DNA of 64,000 bases. Origin: Spirochaetia bacterium (GTDB lineage Bacteria; Spirochaetota; Spirochaetia; DSM-27196; Salinispiraceae). Positions 26,090 to 35,824 of the stretch are shown here, piece by piece. The stretch's first letter is position 1; the number at the start of each line of letters is the position of its first letter. The position numbers and the translations under genes are program-made. The notes beneath the pieces are model-generated. The model saw only the letters and a program-made list of their open reading frames with translations, had not been told where the DNA came from and did no database searches. Where the stretch lies: contig JBBRCZ010000002.1 of NCBI GenBank assembly GCA_038204425.1, positions 32,001-96,000 on the forward strand, read 5' to 3'.

Positions 26090-27511
26090 TTAGATGTTAA
26101 GTAGCGCGGTGATCTCTGCCACTAGGTAGGGTCTGGTATGCACGGTATAGGGGCCGTAACCTAGGCTAGTAAACTCTCTATCTTCTACGCCACCGTTATA
26201 TTTGAGCGTCAAATTAAAGGGTATCAGCTTAGGCAAACTCAGACTTAAGTTGCCTCTGATTTGGAATGATAGGTCGCTAATGTTGAGCGTACCTGCCAAT
26301 GATGCCCCGAGTTCAGAAACAAAGAGTTTGGTGGTCGCCAGCTCCAACCACAGATAATGTGCGCCCCAGTATAGCGGACGAGGTGGCTCGTCAAGTGCCA
26401 GTTCCGAAATGGCGACGTCGGTCTTACCATCTGATTGATAAAAGTATTCGGCTCTAAGTGCCCATTCTTTATTGTCGCCAAAGGCGCGCTCGGTGCCGAG
26501 GCTCATTGCCCAGCGCCAGTCGTAGTCGTTGACGTTTAGGCGACTGCCAAACTCTCCCCAGACATCAAACCCAGCTATGTTTCCTGAGATGGTCGCGCCC
26601 AGCATCAATGGTGCAAGGTATCCTGCGTAGCCTTGCAGCCCAATATTAAAGCCACCTAATGTTGCGTCTACGCGTAGTGCATAGTTGACGGTTTCAAATA
26701 TATTATTGCTCGCAGCGGGGCTAGTTGCCGTAGCAGCGCTTACGGTTTGAGAAAAGTCTGCAAAGGCAAAGATGTTGGCTCCACTAAAGGGTAGGTGGAT
26801 CCGCAAACCCGGCTTACCGGCCCTGACATCCACCAAGGCTTGCGCATCGGCTGCTTGCTGGTTTACAAAGTCGGCCGGCGACCAAATGCGCGAGGCACCC
26901 CAGGACAAGAGTTGACTTCCCAAGCGGATAAAGACTTTTTTGTCTAGGTCAAACGAATAGTGCAGCTCCGATAGAGAAAATTGAGCTTGGCTAAGATTGG
27001 GTTGTTGCAGGTCGTACCAAGATCGCAACTCTGGCGAAGTGCCCCCGGCCAAGAGTAGCTGCCGATAGCTGTAGGCCACAAAAAAAGAACCCAAGTCTCC
27101 GGCGCTGGCCTTTAAGAAGGCTTTGCCAAACAAGCTTGTTGTGGCGCCAAGACTTGCTGCAACGGTTTCATCGGTAGTATCTATGCCCGGCAGGATCTGC
27201 ATCTGGGTGCTAGAGACGAGGCTTAGTCCACCAAACCACTCAAGTTTGTTGGCTTCGGCGGCGCTGCTGCCTGCTTCTACGGCTGCTTCAAAGGCACCTT
27301 CTGCAAATATGTCCTCATCTTCAGTAGGTACTGTTTCGGTTGGCAGCGCGGCTTCTTGGGCACTCAAGATGCTTGGAGTTAGGCCTATCAGCAGGGCAAG
27401 ACTGAGTGCCCAGGCGATGGGGGTAGGCACGGATCGCCGGCGCAAGGCGCCGGAAGCCGGGCCGAGGGGGAAGGCCTTCCCCCCTTTTAAAACTTTCTTT
27501 GTTAGGTTCAT
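26090..27511 (-). CDS. Putative outer-membrane beta-barrel protein
   Basis: Signal peptide, acidic EDEDIF leader, alternating beta-strand pattern, IRLGSQLLSWG..WSPADF, LRAEYFYQSDG; last gene of the Lol-like operon. Confidence 0.6.
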   Translation of the reverse strand: MNLTKKVLKGGKAFPLGPASGALRRRSVPTPIAWALSLALLIGLTPSILSAQEAALPTETVPTEDEDIFAEGAFEAAVEAGSSAAEANKLEWFGGLSLVSSTQMQILPGIDTTDETVAASLGATTSLFGKAFLKASAGDLGSFFVAYSYRQLLLAGGTSPELRSWYDLQQPNLSQAQFSLSELHYSFDLDKKVFIRLGSQLLSWGASRIWSPADFVNQQAADAQALVDVRAGKPGLRIHLPFSGANIFAFADFSQTVSAATATSPAASNNIFETVNYALRVDATLGGFNIGLQGYAGYLAPLMLGATISGNIAGFDVWGEFGSRLNVNDYDWRWAMSLGTERAFGDNKEWALRAEYFYQSDGKTDVAISELALDEPPRPLYWGAHYLWLELATTKLFVSELGASLAGTLNISDLSFQIRGNLSLSLPKLIPFNLTLKYNGGVEDREFTSLGYGPYTVHTRPYLVAEITALLNI

Positions 27512-27525
27512 AATTGTCTCCCCAA

Positions 27526-28341
27526 TTAGCGGCTTTGCTCTTCTAAGAAGGCTTGCGAAAAAGTGTAGTCGGCAATTTTGGCGGTACTTATGTCATCGCT
27601 AGACAACAAGGTGCGTTGATTGTTTTCCAGGTTATTGACGGCCATCAGCTTGGTATTGATGTATTTTCCAGGCGCCAGCTGGCGGTAGTCGATGTAAAAG
27701 AAGGTGCGCAGCAAGGTTCCTGAGGCGCTAAAATTTTCTACTTTGACTGGTAGGTTGTCGCTGCTGCGCAGGTACCACTTTTGAATAGGAAACGATACGT
27801 CAGGTGTTTTGGCGTCGAGCTGAACTACTTGAGTGTCAAACTTGCTCACTTTTTCGGTTCCGGCCAGCTTCATAAAGTACTGGCTAGATAAATTGAGTCT
27901 GCCAAAGAGGTCAGTTCTGACATCGGTTGAGCCAACGTCGTCTTTGCGATTGCGATAGACAAATTCGCGCGTGCTAGGCAAGTAGAGGTAGAGGTCGTCG
28001 CCATTTCTGAAGTAACCTTTGCCTTTTTCGCTGTCGGGGAACTGGAACAAAATGGTAAACCGGGAGGCGGCGTCGCGGCGAAAAACTCTCAGCTTAAGCA
28101 CGCGGTCGGTCTCTCCTTGCTTCTTTTGGATCAGGGTAAAGACGCTGGTCAGGTCTAGACCTTCTACGTTGAGCTTATTCTCCACGTCTTGGATCAAGGC
28201 CAAGGCGCGCGGCTCGTTGGTTTTGGCTTGGGCAGATAGCGCAAGCGGGCTTACTAGCGCAGCTACTACAACAACTATTGCAACTGCTAGTGCGACAAAC
28301 ACTGGGCTCGTGCGTAACGGGACTGACGAATTTTTTTTCAT
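27526..28341 (-). CDS. Outer-membrane lipoprotein-sorting protein (LolA-like)
   Basis: Signal peptide; FTILFQFPDSEKGKGY, LYLYLP, KVENFSASGTLLRT, DYTFSQAFLE. Confidence 0.8.
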   Translation of the reverse strand: MKKNSSVPLRTSPVFVALAVAIVVVVAALVSPLALSAQAKTNEPRALALIQDVENKLNVEGLDLTSVFTLIQKKQGETDRVLKLRVFRRDAASRFTILFQFPDSEKGKGYFRNGDDLYLYLPSTREFVYRNRKDDVGSTDVRTDLFGRLNLSSQYFMKLAGTEKVSKFDTQVVQLDAKTPDVSFPIQKWYLRSSDNLPVKVENFSASGTLLRTFFYIDYRQLAPGKYINTKLMAVNNLENNQRTLLSSDDISTAKIADYTFSQAFLEEQSR

Positions 28342-28363
28342 ACTATTTCCTTTCTTGGATAAA

Positions 28364-29698
28364 TTAAAACGTGCGTGACAGCGCTTCGGCTGGTCCTATG
28401 CTGCCACCTTTGCGGGCTGGAAACCACGAGAAGAAGGCGGTAAAGCCACATACCACGGCCACGATAAACAGCAGCGAGCCGAGGCTTGGGTCAAAGACCA
28501 AGTGTCCTTGGTTAAGCACCAGCGAAACTACACCTTTGGGCGGTAGCACAATAGCCCAACTAAAAATGGCTATCACCACCATGGCCACAGCGATGCCTAT
28601 CAGGGTAAAGACCAGACTCAAAAAGACATTTTCCATCACAAATAGTTTGATGACGTGACTTTTTTCGGTTCCCATGGCACGCAGCGTGCCTATTTCTTGG
28701 ATGCGATCGTTGATGCTCATACGCATATTGATAAAGATTGAGATGGCAATAATAAAGAGCAATATGGCGGCGATAAAGACACCGAGTAAGTTAACAGTAG
28801 CAAGTATCTGACTCAAAATTGCCAGTACTTCGTCCACGGTAGCAATTGTTAGTCTTTTTTCGTTTACGTCGGCTGAGACAAGTTTATATTGTGGTGAGGC
28901 TGCCGCTATCACCGATATGCCACCACCTGAGCTGTCGGGTTTGGTCACTTTAAAGTCTTTGGCAGTCAAGAGAGGCATTAACGTTTCGCGCTTGGCGTCA
29001 AAGTCCTTGCCGTCCTTAAAGTAAACAAAGACATTGCTTGCGCTACCTGCTTCGGCAAGGTCGAGTTTTTGCAAAAAGCCAAAGTGGGCTATGGTTATGC
29101 CTTGGACAAAGTAGTTGGCACTATCATAGACGCCTTTTACTTGAAAGTTGGCGGTATTAAAGGCTCCATAGCGACTGCGGGTTGAGACCAAAATCTCGTC
29201 ACCGCTTTTGACCTCAAAATACTCGGCAACGTCGCGCGGCATCAAAATGCTGTTTTCTTGGTCGACAAAGTCTTGCCATGAGCCATCGTAGATGTCCAGT
29301 TGGTCGCGGTAGGAAAGGTCAGATTGGCTGTCTATTCCGGTAAACGATACCCGCTTGGATAGTCCTTGGTAGTAAACGGCAGAACTTATATAGTAGCGCG
29401 TAATAATGCGGGCGTCTGGCCACTTGCTCAAAACTGCTTGGTTAATGCTTGGCGAGTCAGTGATGCCAGGCAGTGTCTTGCCCTTGACTACCGTGTCACC
29501 GGCTATCGACAGGTGGCCCGCGGCGCTCGTGATAATGTTTTCGCTGATGTTCTTTTTGACGCCAGCCGAAAAGCTAAAAAGTAGCGTCAAGATTAACGAA
29601 ATGAATAGGAAGTTGGCGCCCAAGGTAAAACTGCGGCGTTTTTGGCGAAAGATATTTTTAAAGGCTAGGTTGATATAAAATGGCATATGATTCCTCAC
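28364..29698 (-). CDS. ABC permease, FtsX/MacB/LolC-E family
   Basis: LAFKNIFRQKRRS, DRIQEIGTLRAMG, FVMENVFL, FPARKG..IGPAEAL. Confidence 0.9.
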   Translation of the reverse strand: MRNHMPFYINLAFKNIFRQKRRSFTLGANFLFISLILTLLFSFSAGVKKNISENIITSAAGHLSIAGDTVVKGKTLPGITDSPSINQAVLSKWPDARIITRYYISSAVYYQGLSKRVSFTGIDSQSDLSYRDQLDIYDGSWQDFVDQENSILMPRDVAEYFEVKSGDEILVSTRSRYGAFNTANFQVKGVYDSANYFVQGITIAHFGFLQKLDLAEAGSASNVFVYFKDGKDFDAKRETLMPLLTAKDFKVTKPDSSGGGISVIAAASPQYKLVSADVNEKRLTIATVDEVLAILSQILATVNLLGVFIAAILLFIIAISIFINMRMSINDRIQEIGTLRAMGTEKSHVIKLFVMENVFLSLVFTLIGIAVAMVVIAIFSWAIVLPPKGVVSLVLNQGHLVFDPSLGSLLFIVAVVCGFTAFFSWFPARKGGSIGPAEALSRTF

Positions 29699-31089
29699 TT
29701 TGCCGACATGGCGGCCAGTGGCGACACTTTGGTGGCCACGCGAATAGGATAGAGGGTAGCCAAGAGCGATACCAAGAGTACCAGCGCTAAGCCGAGTACA
29801 AAGGGCATTATGCTCAGCTGCAAGCGTAGTTGACCGCCACCCACCAAATATTGACTCATGATCTCAGGCAGACTTATGCCGCCAGAAAAACTAATGATCA
29901 AAACCAAGCTAATGATCATACCTATACTGGCTGCGGCAACATTAAGTATGACGCTCTCCCACAAAAAGAGTGACCTGACAAAGCTTTTGTCGGCGCCAAT
30001 TGCACGATAGGTTCCCACTTCGCCGGTGCGCTCAAGCACGTTGATAATCTGAGTATTCATCAATATAAAAACTACTATCAAAAAGATAAGTAATGTTGCT
30101 CCCAGGATAACGCCCTGCAGGATGTCAGCTACTGAGGCAAAAAATCCTGATGCTTCGTCCCAGCGAGCCAGCTTTATCGGAAAGCCTGCTGCCGCGAGTG
30201 TTTGCGCAAAAGCCTCGGTACTCACCCCTTGAGCTAGGCGGACGGCTATCATCGTATAGCCGGTTAGTTCTGCTTTTTCTAGCAAGTCAGTGTTGAGACT
30301 GCCCAGCATGTCGTCGTCGGCCAAGGCAAATATGTCATCGTCACTGCTGGCCGCCAACGCTTGGTTAAAGTTTTCTGGCAGGGCCGTCACTCCGGTAAAA
30401 TTAAAGAGCTGTGCGTAGGTTCCAATATCCATAAAATTGATGTAGTTAAAGACGTTTTTATAGAATTGTGGGTCAAAGATGCCAACCACGTCAGAAGGCA
30501 AGGCATTGACCGAACCACCGCCGGTTAGACTAAGTAGTGTCACCTTGTCGCCCGCGGCTATGGTAACACCATACTTCTGCTTGTATTGTTGGTTTTGATA
30601 CTCGCTAATTAAGATACCTGGCTGCACCTGAGCGCTGCCTTCGCCAAACCAAGTGCCTGAGCTCATCTTAACCTTGCCGAGCATTGCGCGATAGGCTTCG
30701 GCTTGGACGGCATAGAAGATAAAGGGCAGCTCATAGCTTATGCCGTCTTTTTGCAAGGAGATCAAGCCATAGTTTTGAGCAATGGAGCTAAAACTAGCTA
30801 CTTGTGGCTGCTTGGCAAGCCAAGCCTCCACTTGGTCTGCTTTTTCTATCAAGGGCAATGGTGTCTGAAAAGCAAAGGGTGAGGGTAGCTCACGAGAACG
30901 CTGGGAGTAGAGTATAAAGTCGCCGGTAAAGTTTTCAATGATGGAGGCCTTACTAAAGACTTTGGCTGACTGGCTAAAGGTGGTTCCAAAGACGATGATA
31001 ACCGTACCGAGGACAACCAGTGAGCCAATCAAAATCATGCGCCCTTTTCGTCGGCGTAGCGAGCGAAGTGCGATCATAAAGGTTAGCAT
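29695..31089 (-). CDS. ABC permease, FtsX/MacB/LolC-E family
   Basis: IALRSLRRRKGR, ERTGEVGTYRAIGA, LFLWES, LYPIRVATKVSPLAAM. Confidence 0.9.
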   Translation of the reverse strand: MLTFMIALRSLRRRKGRMILIGSLVVLGTVIIVFGTTFSQSAKVFSKASIIENFTGDFILYSQRSRELPSPFAFQTPLPLIEKADQVEAWLAKQPQVASFSSIAQNYGLISLQKDGISYELPFIFYAVQAEAYRAMLGKVKMSSGTWFGEGSAQVQPGILISEYQNQQYKQKYGVTIAAGDKVTLLSLTGGGSVNALPSDVVGIFDPQFYKNVFNYINFMDIGTYAQLFNFTGVTALPENFNQALAASSDDDIFALADDDMLGSLNTDLLEKAELTGYTMIAVRLAQGVSTEAFAQTLAAAGFPIKLARWDEASGFFASVADILQGVILGATLLIFLIVVFILMNTQIINVLERTGEVGTYRAIGADKSFVRSLFLWESVILNVAAASIGMIISLVLIISFSGGISLPEIMSQYLVGGGQLRLQLSIMPFVLGLALVLLVSLLATLYPIRVATKVSPLAAMSAK

Positions 31090-31090
31090 C

Positions 31091-31819
31091 CTAAACCTCC
31101 CTGCTGCCGGCGACTTGTCTGCCTTCTTGTTTTACTTCGTCACCAATGATCAAGCCGTCCCTAATCTTAATTACACGGCGGGCTTGATCCATTATGTGGG
31201 CATCGTGGGTACTAAAGATAAAAGTGGTGCCGTCGTTCTTGTTGATAGACTTCATTAACTCAATAATCTTAATTCCAGTGTCTGAGTCCAAGTTGGCTGT
31301 CGGTTCGTCCGCTAGCACTACCAAAGGGCCAGTTACCAAGGCGCGCGCTATGGCTACACGCTGGCGTTGCCCACCAGAAAGTTCACCTGGTTTGTTTTTT
31401 AGGCGATCTGCCAATCCTACTTCTTCGACAAAACGCATAACTTTTTGGTGGCGTTCTTCCTGAGTAAAGCGTTTTTCTAGCAGCAGCGGCAATTCTATGT
31501 TTTCATAGACATTGAGCACCGGGATTAGATTAAAGCTTTGAAAAATAAAACTGACGGTATGGCGACGGTAGCGCGTCAATTCTTTGTCATTAAGGCCACC
31601 CACGTTGGTTCCCTTTATTATGACATCGCCAGAGCTGGGGTGGTCTATGCAACCTATCATATTGAGAATAGTGCTTTTGCCCGACCCAGATGGTCCAGCT
31701 ATGGCTGAAAACTCTCCCTCTGTTATGGTAAAACTCACGCCTTTAAGAGCTTCTACCTTGGTGCTACCTAAGAGATATTCCTTCTTTAGGTCTTTGCACT
31801 CGATAATCGCCTGACTCAT
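31091..31819 (-). CDS. ABC ATPase, LolD/MacB family
   Basis: GPSGSGKST, FIFQSFNLIP, LSGGQRQRVAIARAL, LADEPTANLDS, STHD. Confidence 0.95.
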   Translation of the reverse strand: MSQAIIECKDLKKEYLLGSTKVEALKGVSFTITEGEFSAIAGPSGSGKSTILNMIGCIDHPSSGDVIIKGTNVGGLNDKELTRYRRHTVSFIFQSFNLIPVLNVYENIELPLLLEKRFTQEERHQKVMRFVEEVGLADRLKNKPGELSGGQRQRVAIARALVTGPLVVLADEPTANLDSDTGIKIIELMKSINKNDGTTFIFSTHDAHIMDQARRVIKIRDGLIIGDEVKQEGRQVAGSREV

Positions 31820-32436
31820 ATGGTCTCCTTTTTTGCTTCTGCTTGAGTTCTTCCTTGTAAGATACCCAAGAGAAAAATATCTAATATTTTTTCTAATGCC
31901 TCGGTTTTGGACTCGTTGACAAAAAACTGCATCGGTACTGAGTGTAGGCCTTCAACCATGGTCACAAAACTGATGGCTGCGGTGGCAAAGTCGATAAAGC
32001 TAAGTTGGCCGCGCGCGTTTGCCTGGCCAAAGGCCTCCACTAAGGGTTGAGTAAAACAAGCGTAGGCCTTCCACAAGAGAGCTTCACCGCGTTTGCCAAG
32101 GCCGCGCGCGTCGGCATTGGCCATGCGCGCCATATCTAAAAGCGGCTGCGAAAAAAGCCACAGTCCGGTGGCGCGCAGTTGGGTGCGTAAGTCGCCTTCT
32201 GAGGCCCTAACTGAAGCAAAGATGCCTATTCGGTGGCGCTCCAAGTTACGCTCCATGACTTCCAAGTACAGTTCGTCTTTGCCACCCGGCACATAGTGGT
32301 ACAAGGAGGCGTGGTGCAGGCCGAGAGTGGTGGCAATGTCACGTAGCGTCACCGAAGCATGCCCACGCAAAGAAAAAAGCTCTTCTGCCACATCGAGTAG
32401 TTTTTCGCGTTTAATACCTTGGGTTCTGGGTGGCAT
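31816..32436 (-). CDS. TetR/AcrR family regulator
   Basis: LLDVAEELFSLRGHASVTLRDIATTLGLHHASLYHYVPGGKDELY. Confidence 0.93.
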   Translation of the reverse strand: MPPRTQGIKREKLLDVAEELFSLRGHASVTLRDIATTLGLHHASLYHYVPGGKDELYLEVMERNLERHRIGIFASVRASEGDLRTQLRATGLWLFSQPLLDMARMANADARGLGKRGEALLWKAYACFTQPLVEAFGQANARGQLSFIDFATAAISFVTMVEGLHSVPMQFFVNESKTEALEKILDIFLLGILQGRTQAEAKKETI

Positions 32437-32450
32437 GCCTTATCCTTTTC

Positions 32451-32497
32451 AACCAACTTGTTGGTTAAAGGTTAGAGATTGTTTAGTCTTTCGTCAA
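32451..32497 (-). promoter_or_regulatory. Promoter and palindromic operator of the tetR-ABC operon
   Basis: TTGACG(32497-32492)-17 nt-TAACCT(32474-32469); AACCAAC-TT-GTTGGTT palindrome (32451-32466) over the expected +1. Confidence 0.7.
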
Positions 32498-32634
32498 GCA
32501 AATTTCTTCTTTTTTTGCGCTTTGGGCCACAAAGGCCATGGCAATCGATTTATGGCAAAATATTGGCCTTGCTATTCTATTCTTGAACATAGTCCCTTGC
32601 TCATATAATATAGGTGTTTAACTAGGAGTATATT

Positions 32635-35600
32635 TTGTACAAGAGTGTGGACCCGAAGGTGAATTTCCCGGCCATGGAAGAAGCGATTTTGGCATTTTGG
32701 GAAGAAGAAGGCATCTTCAAAAAGTCGCTTGAGCAGCGTCGCGGGCAAAAAGAGTTTGTGTTTTATGACGGACCGCCTTTTGCTACTGGCTTGCCACACT
32801 TTGGACACTTTGTGCCTGGTACTATCAAAGATGTAATTCCTCGCTACATGACCATGAAGGGCAAGTTGGTGGAACGACGATTTGGTTGGGACTGTCATGG
32901 CTTGCCGGTTGAGTACGAAGTAGAAAAAGCACTCAAAATATCCGGCAAGAGTCAAATTGAGGCCTTTGGGGTGGCTAATTTTAACGAAGAATGCCGTTCC
33001 ATAGTTCTACGCTATACGGGCGAATGGCAAAAAACCATCAATCGCATGGGGCGCTGGGTAGACTTTGACGATGACTACAAGACCATGGACCCAAGTTATA
33101 TGGAAACAATTTGGTGGGTATTTAAACGGTTGTGGGAAAAAGGTTTAATTTACGAGGGTGCCTATATTCTTCCCTATAGCCCGGCTCTGGCAACGCCTTT
33201 GTCCAACTTTGAGGTCAACCTTGGTGGCTACAAGGACGTCAATGATCCAGCCTTAACCGTACGCTTTAAGATTACCCAGACGGACCAAGGTTCAGCAATG
33301 GCGGGGCCCGACTACGATCAAGGTGGCAACGCTTACTTTTTGGCTTGGACAACTACGCCTTGGACTTTGCCCTCAAACCTCGGTTTGGCACTTGGACCTG
33401 AGCTCGACTATGTGGTGCTCAAAGATGGCGTTGATGTCTATATTTTGGCCCAAGAACGAATGCCTGTCTATTACAAAGCCGATGCCGAACATCAGCCAAC
33501 TATCTTGGCAGTTCTCAAAGGTAAGCAACTAAAAGGTTACACGTACCAAGCATTGTTTGGCTACTTTGAAGCACTGGCTGCTGAAGGTGCGTTTAAGGTT
33601 CATAACGCCGACTTTGTAACTACCAGCGATGGCACAGGTATTGTTCACTTGGCGCCAGGTTTTGGTGAAGACGACTACCACACGCTTAAGGCCACCGGTT
33701 TGCCAGCTATCTGTCCAATTGATGCTGAGTGCCGTTTTACCGAAGAAGTCAGTGACTACCAAGGTTTGTTTGTGAAGGACGCCGACAAGGCAATTATTAT
33801 ACGCCTCAAAGAAGAGGGCAAACTTGTCAGAAGAGATACCATCTTGCACTCCTATCCACATTGTTACCGCACTGGCGTGCCGCTCATCTATCGCGCAATC
33901 TCCAGTTGGTTTGTTAATGTAGAAAAGATCAAGCAGTCGATGATTGATGCCAACAAGCAAATCAACTGGGTGCCTGACCACCTCAAAAAAGGGCGCTTTG
34001 GCAAGTGGTTAGAAAACGCCCGTGAATGGGCGATAAGTCGCAACCGTTTTTGGGGCAACCCAATTCCTGTCTGGAAGTGCGATGGATCTGACTATAGCGA
34101 ATGCATTGGCTCCATCCAAGAACTGCAAGAAAAATCAGGCCAAGTTGTCACTGACTTGCACAAACACTTTGTTGATGAGATCACTTGGCCAAGCCCTGAT
34201 GGCAAAGGCACCATGCGCCGCGTTAGCGAGGTCTTGGACTGCTGGTTTGAATCTGGCGCCATGCCGTATGCCCAAAACCACTATCCCTTTGAGAATAAAG
34301 AACGTGTAGAGGCTTATTTGCCAGCTGATTTTATTTGTGAAAGTCTGGATCAAACACGTGGCTGGTTTTACACCTTAACCGTTTTAGCAGCGGCTCTTTT
34401 TGACAAGCCGGCCTTTACCAACGTAGTTTGTAGTGGCTTGGTCTTGGCCGAAGACGGTCGAAAAATGTCCAAGAGTGCCCGCAACTATACCGATCCCAAC
34501 AAAGTTATCGATAGCTTTGGAGCTGATGCCTTGCGTCTGTACTTGATGAATAGTGCCGTTACCCGCGCCGAGGATCTTAAATATTCTGACGACGGCGTCA
34601 AAGAAACACTCAAAAGTGTGCTCATCCCCTTATGGAACGCTTATAGCTTTTTTGTAACTTATGCCAATATCGACAAGTTTCAAAGTAGCGGCAATGCTTT
34701 TGAAGGCAATGCTTTACCCGATCACGCGCTTGATCGCTGGATACTGTCGCTTGGCGAAACCTTGCTGGCCGATGTCACGCGAGCCCTCGATGCAAACGAG
34801 GTCGAAAACGCCTGCAAACCCATCGTCAATTTTATAGATCAGCTCAATAACTGGTACATCAGGCGCAGCCGACGCCGTTTTTGGAAGAGTGAAAATGATA
34901 GTGACAAAACCCAAGCCTACGAGACCCTGCGCGAAGTGCTTTTGCGCCTTTCACTTATTGCAGCACCACTTATTCCCTTCATCAGTGAAGAGATGTACCG
35001 CAATCTCAAACTAGTTGGTATGAAAGAAAGCGTGCATCTTTGCGATTTTCCCCAAGCAATCGCTGGTCGCTTGGATAAGGAACTAGAACGTCGTATGGCC
35101 ATTACTCAGCAGGCGGTTAGCATGGGCCGTGCCCTGCGCAGTTTGCACAATCTCAAAACGCGGCAACCCTTGGCCGCGGTCTATTTGGTCACGCGGAACC
35201 AAAACGAACGAAAAGTTTTGCTAGAAATGGAAGACATAATCCGCGAGGAATTAAACGTCAAAGAAGTCATCTTTAGAGACAACGAAGAAGAACTTGTGGA
35301 ATATAGTGCCAAGCCCAATTTTAAGGTCTTGGGTTCTAAGCTCGGTAAGGATATGAAGGCCGCCGGAGAACTGATAGCCAAACTAAGTGGAGCTCAGATT
35401 CTGAGCTTAATGGAAGGCACAACGCTCAGTCTCGAGATTGGTGAGCGCAGCATAGAGCTTGACCTTGAGGCTATCTTGGTGCAACGCATAGAAAAGAAGG
35501 GTCTCAAGGTTCTCAACGAAGCCAGTCTTACGGTTGGCTTGGATCCGGTAGTGACCGACGAACTGCGACAAGAGGGCTTGGTGCGTGACTGTATCCGCGC

Positions 35601-35823
35601 AGTACAAAATCTGCGCAAAGAAAAAAACCTCGACGTCAGCGATCGCATAAGTTTGATTGTCCACAGTGCAAGCCAAGACATCAACCAAGCGCTCATTAAG
35701 CATCAGGACTACCTGTGCAGTGAGACCCTGTGCGAACGGTTTAGTCTAAGCACGCAATCTCAGGCCGACACCGTCCAACTTGGCGACGACAGTGCAAGTC
35801 TTAGCTTGGCCAAGGTCAAATAA
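32635..35823 (+). CDS. ileS: Isoleucine--tRNA ligase (type 2)
   Basis: FYDGPPFATGLPHFGH, GWDCHGLPVE, WTTTPWTLPSN, DQTRGWFY, KMSKS; TTG start after AGGAG. Confidence 0.98.
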   Translation: MYKSVDPKVNFPAMEEAILAFWEEEGIFKKSLEQRRGQKEFVFYDGPPFATGLPHFGHFVPGTIKDVIPRYMTMKGKLVERRFGWDCHGLPVEYEVEKALKISGKSQIEAFGVANFNEECRSIVLRYTGEWQKTINRMGRWVDFDDDYKTMDPSYMETIWWVFKRLWEKGLIYEGAYILPYSPALATPLSNFEVNLGGYKDVNDPALTVRFKITQTDQGSAMAGPDYDQGGNAYFLAWTTTPWTLPSNLGLALGPELDYVVLKDGVDVYILAQERMPVYYKADAEHQPTILAVLKGKQLKGYTYQALFGYFEALAAEGAFKVHNADFVTTSDGTGIVHLAPGFGEDDYHTLKATGLPAICPIDAECRFTEEVSDYQGLFVKDADKAIIIRLKEEGKLVRRDTILHSYPHCYRTGVPLIYRAISSWFVNVEKIKQSMIDANKQINWVPDHLKKGRFGKWLENAREWAISRNRFWGNPIPVWKCDGSDYSECIGSIQELQEKSGQVVTDLHKHFVDEITWPSPDGKGTMRRVSEVLDCWFESGAMPYAQNHYPFENKERVEAYLPADFICESLDQTRGWFYTLTVLAAALFDKPAFTNVVCSGLVLAEDGRKMSKSARNYTDPNKVIDSFGADALRLYLMNSAVTRAEDLKYSDDGVKETLKSVLIPLWNAYSFFVTYANIDKFQSSGNAFEGNALPDHALDRWILSLGETLLADVTRALDANEVENACKPIVNFIDQLNNWYIRRSRRRFWKSENDSDKTQAYETLREVLLRLSLIAAPLIPFISEEMYRNLKLVGMKESVHLCDFPQAIAGRLDKELERRMAITQQAVSMGRALRSLHNLKTRQPLAAVYLVTRNQNERKVLLEMEDIIREELNVKEVIFRDNEEELVEYSAKPNFKVLGSKLGKDMKAAGELIAKLSGAQILSLMEGTTLSLEIGERSIELDLEAILVQRIEKKGLKVLNEASLTVGLDPVVTDELRQEGLVRDCIRAVQNLRKEKNLDVSDRISLIVHSASQDINQALIKHQDYLCSETLCERFSLSTQSQADTVQLGDDSASLSLAKVK

Positions 35824-35824
35824 G

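Noticed and set aside
32635..35823. IleRS2 as an acquired mupirocin-resistance gene
   Set aside because: It sits in a housekeeping context, and type 2 IleRS is the normal form in spirochetes.
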